Positions 61,410-64,000 of a stretch of DNA of 64,000 nucleotides are shown here, piece after piece; position 1 is the first letter of the stretch, and each line of letters begins with the position of its first letter. This stretch comes from Squalus acanthias (taxonomy: Eukaryota): the NCBI GenBank assembly GCA_030390025.1, contig CM059431.1:104658001-104722000 (forward strand), given 5' to 3'. Position numbers and translations under genes: made by a program. The notes beneath the pieces were generated by a model that saw only the letters and a list, made by a program, of their open reading frames with translations, was not told where the DNA came from and ran no database searches.

Positions 61410-64000
61410 GGGCCGGATTTTGAGACCCCCACGGGTGCGAACGAGGTGCGTACCCGCTCGTAGAGGCTGCGCAAGTGCCGGTTTCAGGCATGTGAAGCAC
61501 ACGCGCTGAAAACCGGCACTTGTATCTGTCAAGAATTCTCTTGACAGATCCTCCGCCTGCCCGGGAAAAGTGCCTCCACGGGTGGAGTGTTGCGCTTTTT
61601 GCACAACCTCCGCCCGCTGAATGCCTGTCAAATTCTTACGCCTTGTAAAGAACATAAGAAACAGGAGCAGGAGTAGGCCAATCGGCCCTTCGAGCCTGCT
61701 CCGTAAGGCCTGCTTCTACCAGCTTAAGAGTTTAAAAAAATAGAAAAATGAAATTTGATAACTCATTTATAAATTAAAAATACTCTTCAAAAAGGTAAGT
61801 TTATTTTAAGCCCCGTAAAAACATTTAATTATTTTTTTTCAAAAATTAAATTTTTGTTTAAAATATTTAATTAAATGGCATTTTAATTAATTTTAAATAT
61901 GTAATTTTTTTCTAAATTGATTTAATGTGTTGGTATATTTTTTTAGGTGATCCCCGACAACATCCCGGCTATCGTGCTGAAGACATGTGCTCCAGAACTA
62001 GCCGCGCCTCTAGCCAAGCTGTTCCAGTACAGCTACAACACTGGCATCTATCCGACAATGTGGAAAACTGCCCAGGTACAGTACGTCCTGTCCACCAAAA
62101 GTAGGACAAATCCAATTCGGCCAATTACTGCCCCATCAGTCTACTCTCAATCATCAGCAAAGTGATGGAAGGTGTCATCGACAGAGCTATCAAGCGGCAC
62201 TTACTCACCAATAACTTGCTCACTGATGCCCAATTTGGGTTCCACCAAGACCACTCGGCTCCAGACCTCATTACAGCCCTGGTCCAAACATGGACAAAGG
62301 AGCTGAATTCCAGAGGTGTGGTGAGCGTGACTGCCCTTGACATCAACAACAACAACTTGGATTTATAGAGCGCCTTTAACATAGTAAAACGTCCCAAGGC
62401 GGTGCATTGGAGTATTTTAAGACAAAAAATTTGACACTGATCCACAAAAGGATAAATAGGGCAGGTGACCAAAAGCTTGGTCAAAGAGGTAGGTTTTAAG
62501 AAGCGTCTTAAAGGAGGAAAGAGAGGTAGCAAGGCGGACAGGTTTAGGCAGGGAATTCCAGAGCTCAGGGCCCAGGCAACAGAAGGCACGGCCACCAGAG
62601 GCTGAGCGATTATAATCAGGAATCCTCAAGAGGGCAGAATTAGAGGAGCGCAGCTATCTCGGGGGGTTGTGGGGCTGAAGAGATTACAGAGATAGGAAGG
62701 GGCGAGGCCATGGAGGGATTTGGAAAGGCAGCATTTGACCGAGTATGGCATCAAGGAGCCCTAGTAAAACTGAAGTCAATGGGAATTGGGGGGAAAATTC
62801 TCCACTGGCTGGAGTCATACCTAGCCCAAAGGAAGATGGTTGTGGTGGTTGAAGGTCAATCATCACAGCCCCAGGACATCGCTGCAGGAGTTCCTCAGGG
62901 CAGTGTCCTAGGCCCAACCATCTTCAGCTGCTTCATCAAGGACCTTCCCTCCAACATGTCAGAAATGGGGATGTTGGCTGATGACTGCACAGTGTTCAGC
63001 GCCATTCACATCTCCTCAGATAATGAAGCAGTCCATGCCCGCATGCAACAAGACCTGGACGACGTTCAGGCTTGGGCTGATAAGTGGCAGGTAACATTCG
63101 CGTCACAGAAGTGCCAGGCAAAGACTATCTCCAACAAGCGAGAGTCTTACCACCGCCCCTTGACATACACCGGCATTACCATCGCCAAATCCCCCACCAT
63201 CAACATCCTGGGGGGTCACCATTGACTAAAAATTTTACTGGACCAGCCACATAAATAATGTGGTAACAAGAGCAGGTCAGAGGTTAGGTATTCTGCGGCG
63301 AGTGTCTCACCTCCTGACTCCCAAAGCCTTTCCACCATCTACAAGGTACAAGTAAGGAGTGTTAATGAATACTCTCCACTTGCCTGGATGAGTGCAGCTC
63401 CATCAACACTCAAGAAGCTTGACACTATCCAGGACAAAGCAGCCCACTTGATTGGCACCCCATCCACCACCTTAAACATTCACTCCCTCCACCACCGGTG
63501 TACCGTGGCTGCAGTGTGTACCATCTACAAGATGCACTGCAGCAACTCACCAAGGCTTCTTTGGCGGCACCTCCCAAACCCGCGACCTCTTCCACCTAGA
63601 AGGACAAGGGCAGCAGGCGCATGGGAACACCACCACCTCCAAGTACCCCTTCAAGTCACACACCATCCTGACTGAGAGGTATATCGGCCGATCCTTCATC
63701 ATCGCTGGGTCAAAATCCTGGAACTCCCTCCCTAACAGCACTGTGGGAGTACCTTCACCACACGGACTGCAGCGGTTCAAGAAGGCGGCTCCCCACCACC
63801 TAAATGCTGGCCTTGCCAGTGACGCCCACATCCCATAAACAAATTTTTAAAAATATACTTTTGACAGTTCTGTACGTACGGACCTGTCAAAAGTATGAAT
63901 GGGGATTCCCTTCTTCCATTGGTTGGGCCGGTCCACGAGATCCCAGGGGCGCCTACGAACCGCTTGCGCCCCTGGGATACGTGGGGCTCTGCCCGCGCGG
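61410..64000. mobile_element. Harbinger-type MITE, family C (runs off the window), with nested LINE fragments
   Basis: Collinear with 45390-46916 at 61410-61955 and 63855-64000; a short CR1 tail (about 61649-61702) is flanked by GTAA. Confidence 0.8.
61956..63852 (+). mobile_element. LINE B (CR1-like clade), RT to 3' end, interrupted by L2 (about 62345-62723, -)
   Basis: [58 protein letters not shown]. Confidence 0.85.

Overview
Repeat-dominated vertebrate genomic DNA, almost certainly from a cartilaginous fish (shark-type CR1, L2, DeuSINE and Penelope-derived repeats). I recognise no host protein-coding gene. The centrepiece is a four-level nest: Harbinger-type MITE (16738-27597) > probable solo LTR (16995-27057) > decayed two-gene PIF/Harbinger transposon (17156-26037) > full-length, apparently intact CR1 LINE (17940-22518). 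This CR1 has six 76-bp CpG-rich 5' monomers. It also has an in-frame U_UUA_AAC slippery heptamer immediately before the ORF1 stop, leading into a -1-frame ORF2 that has no upstream AUG, which suggests programmed -1 frameshifting. The window also holds a second, composite Harbinger (32996-38353), several Harbinger deletion derivatives and MITE families with family-specific subterminal motifs, a hAT MITE, a 1.67-kb solo LTR, a fossil DIRS-type tyrosine recombinase, and Penelope-like palindromic repeats, one of which retains a minimal hammerhead ribozyme core. All calls are by eye; boundaries of old fragments are approximate.
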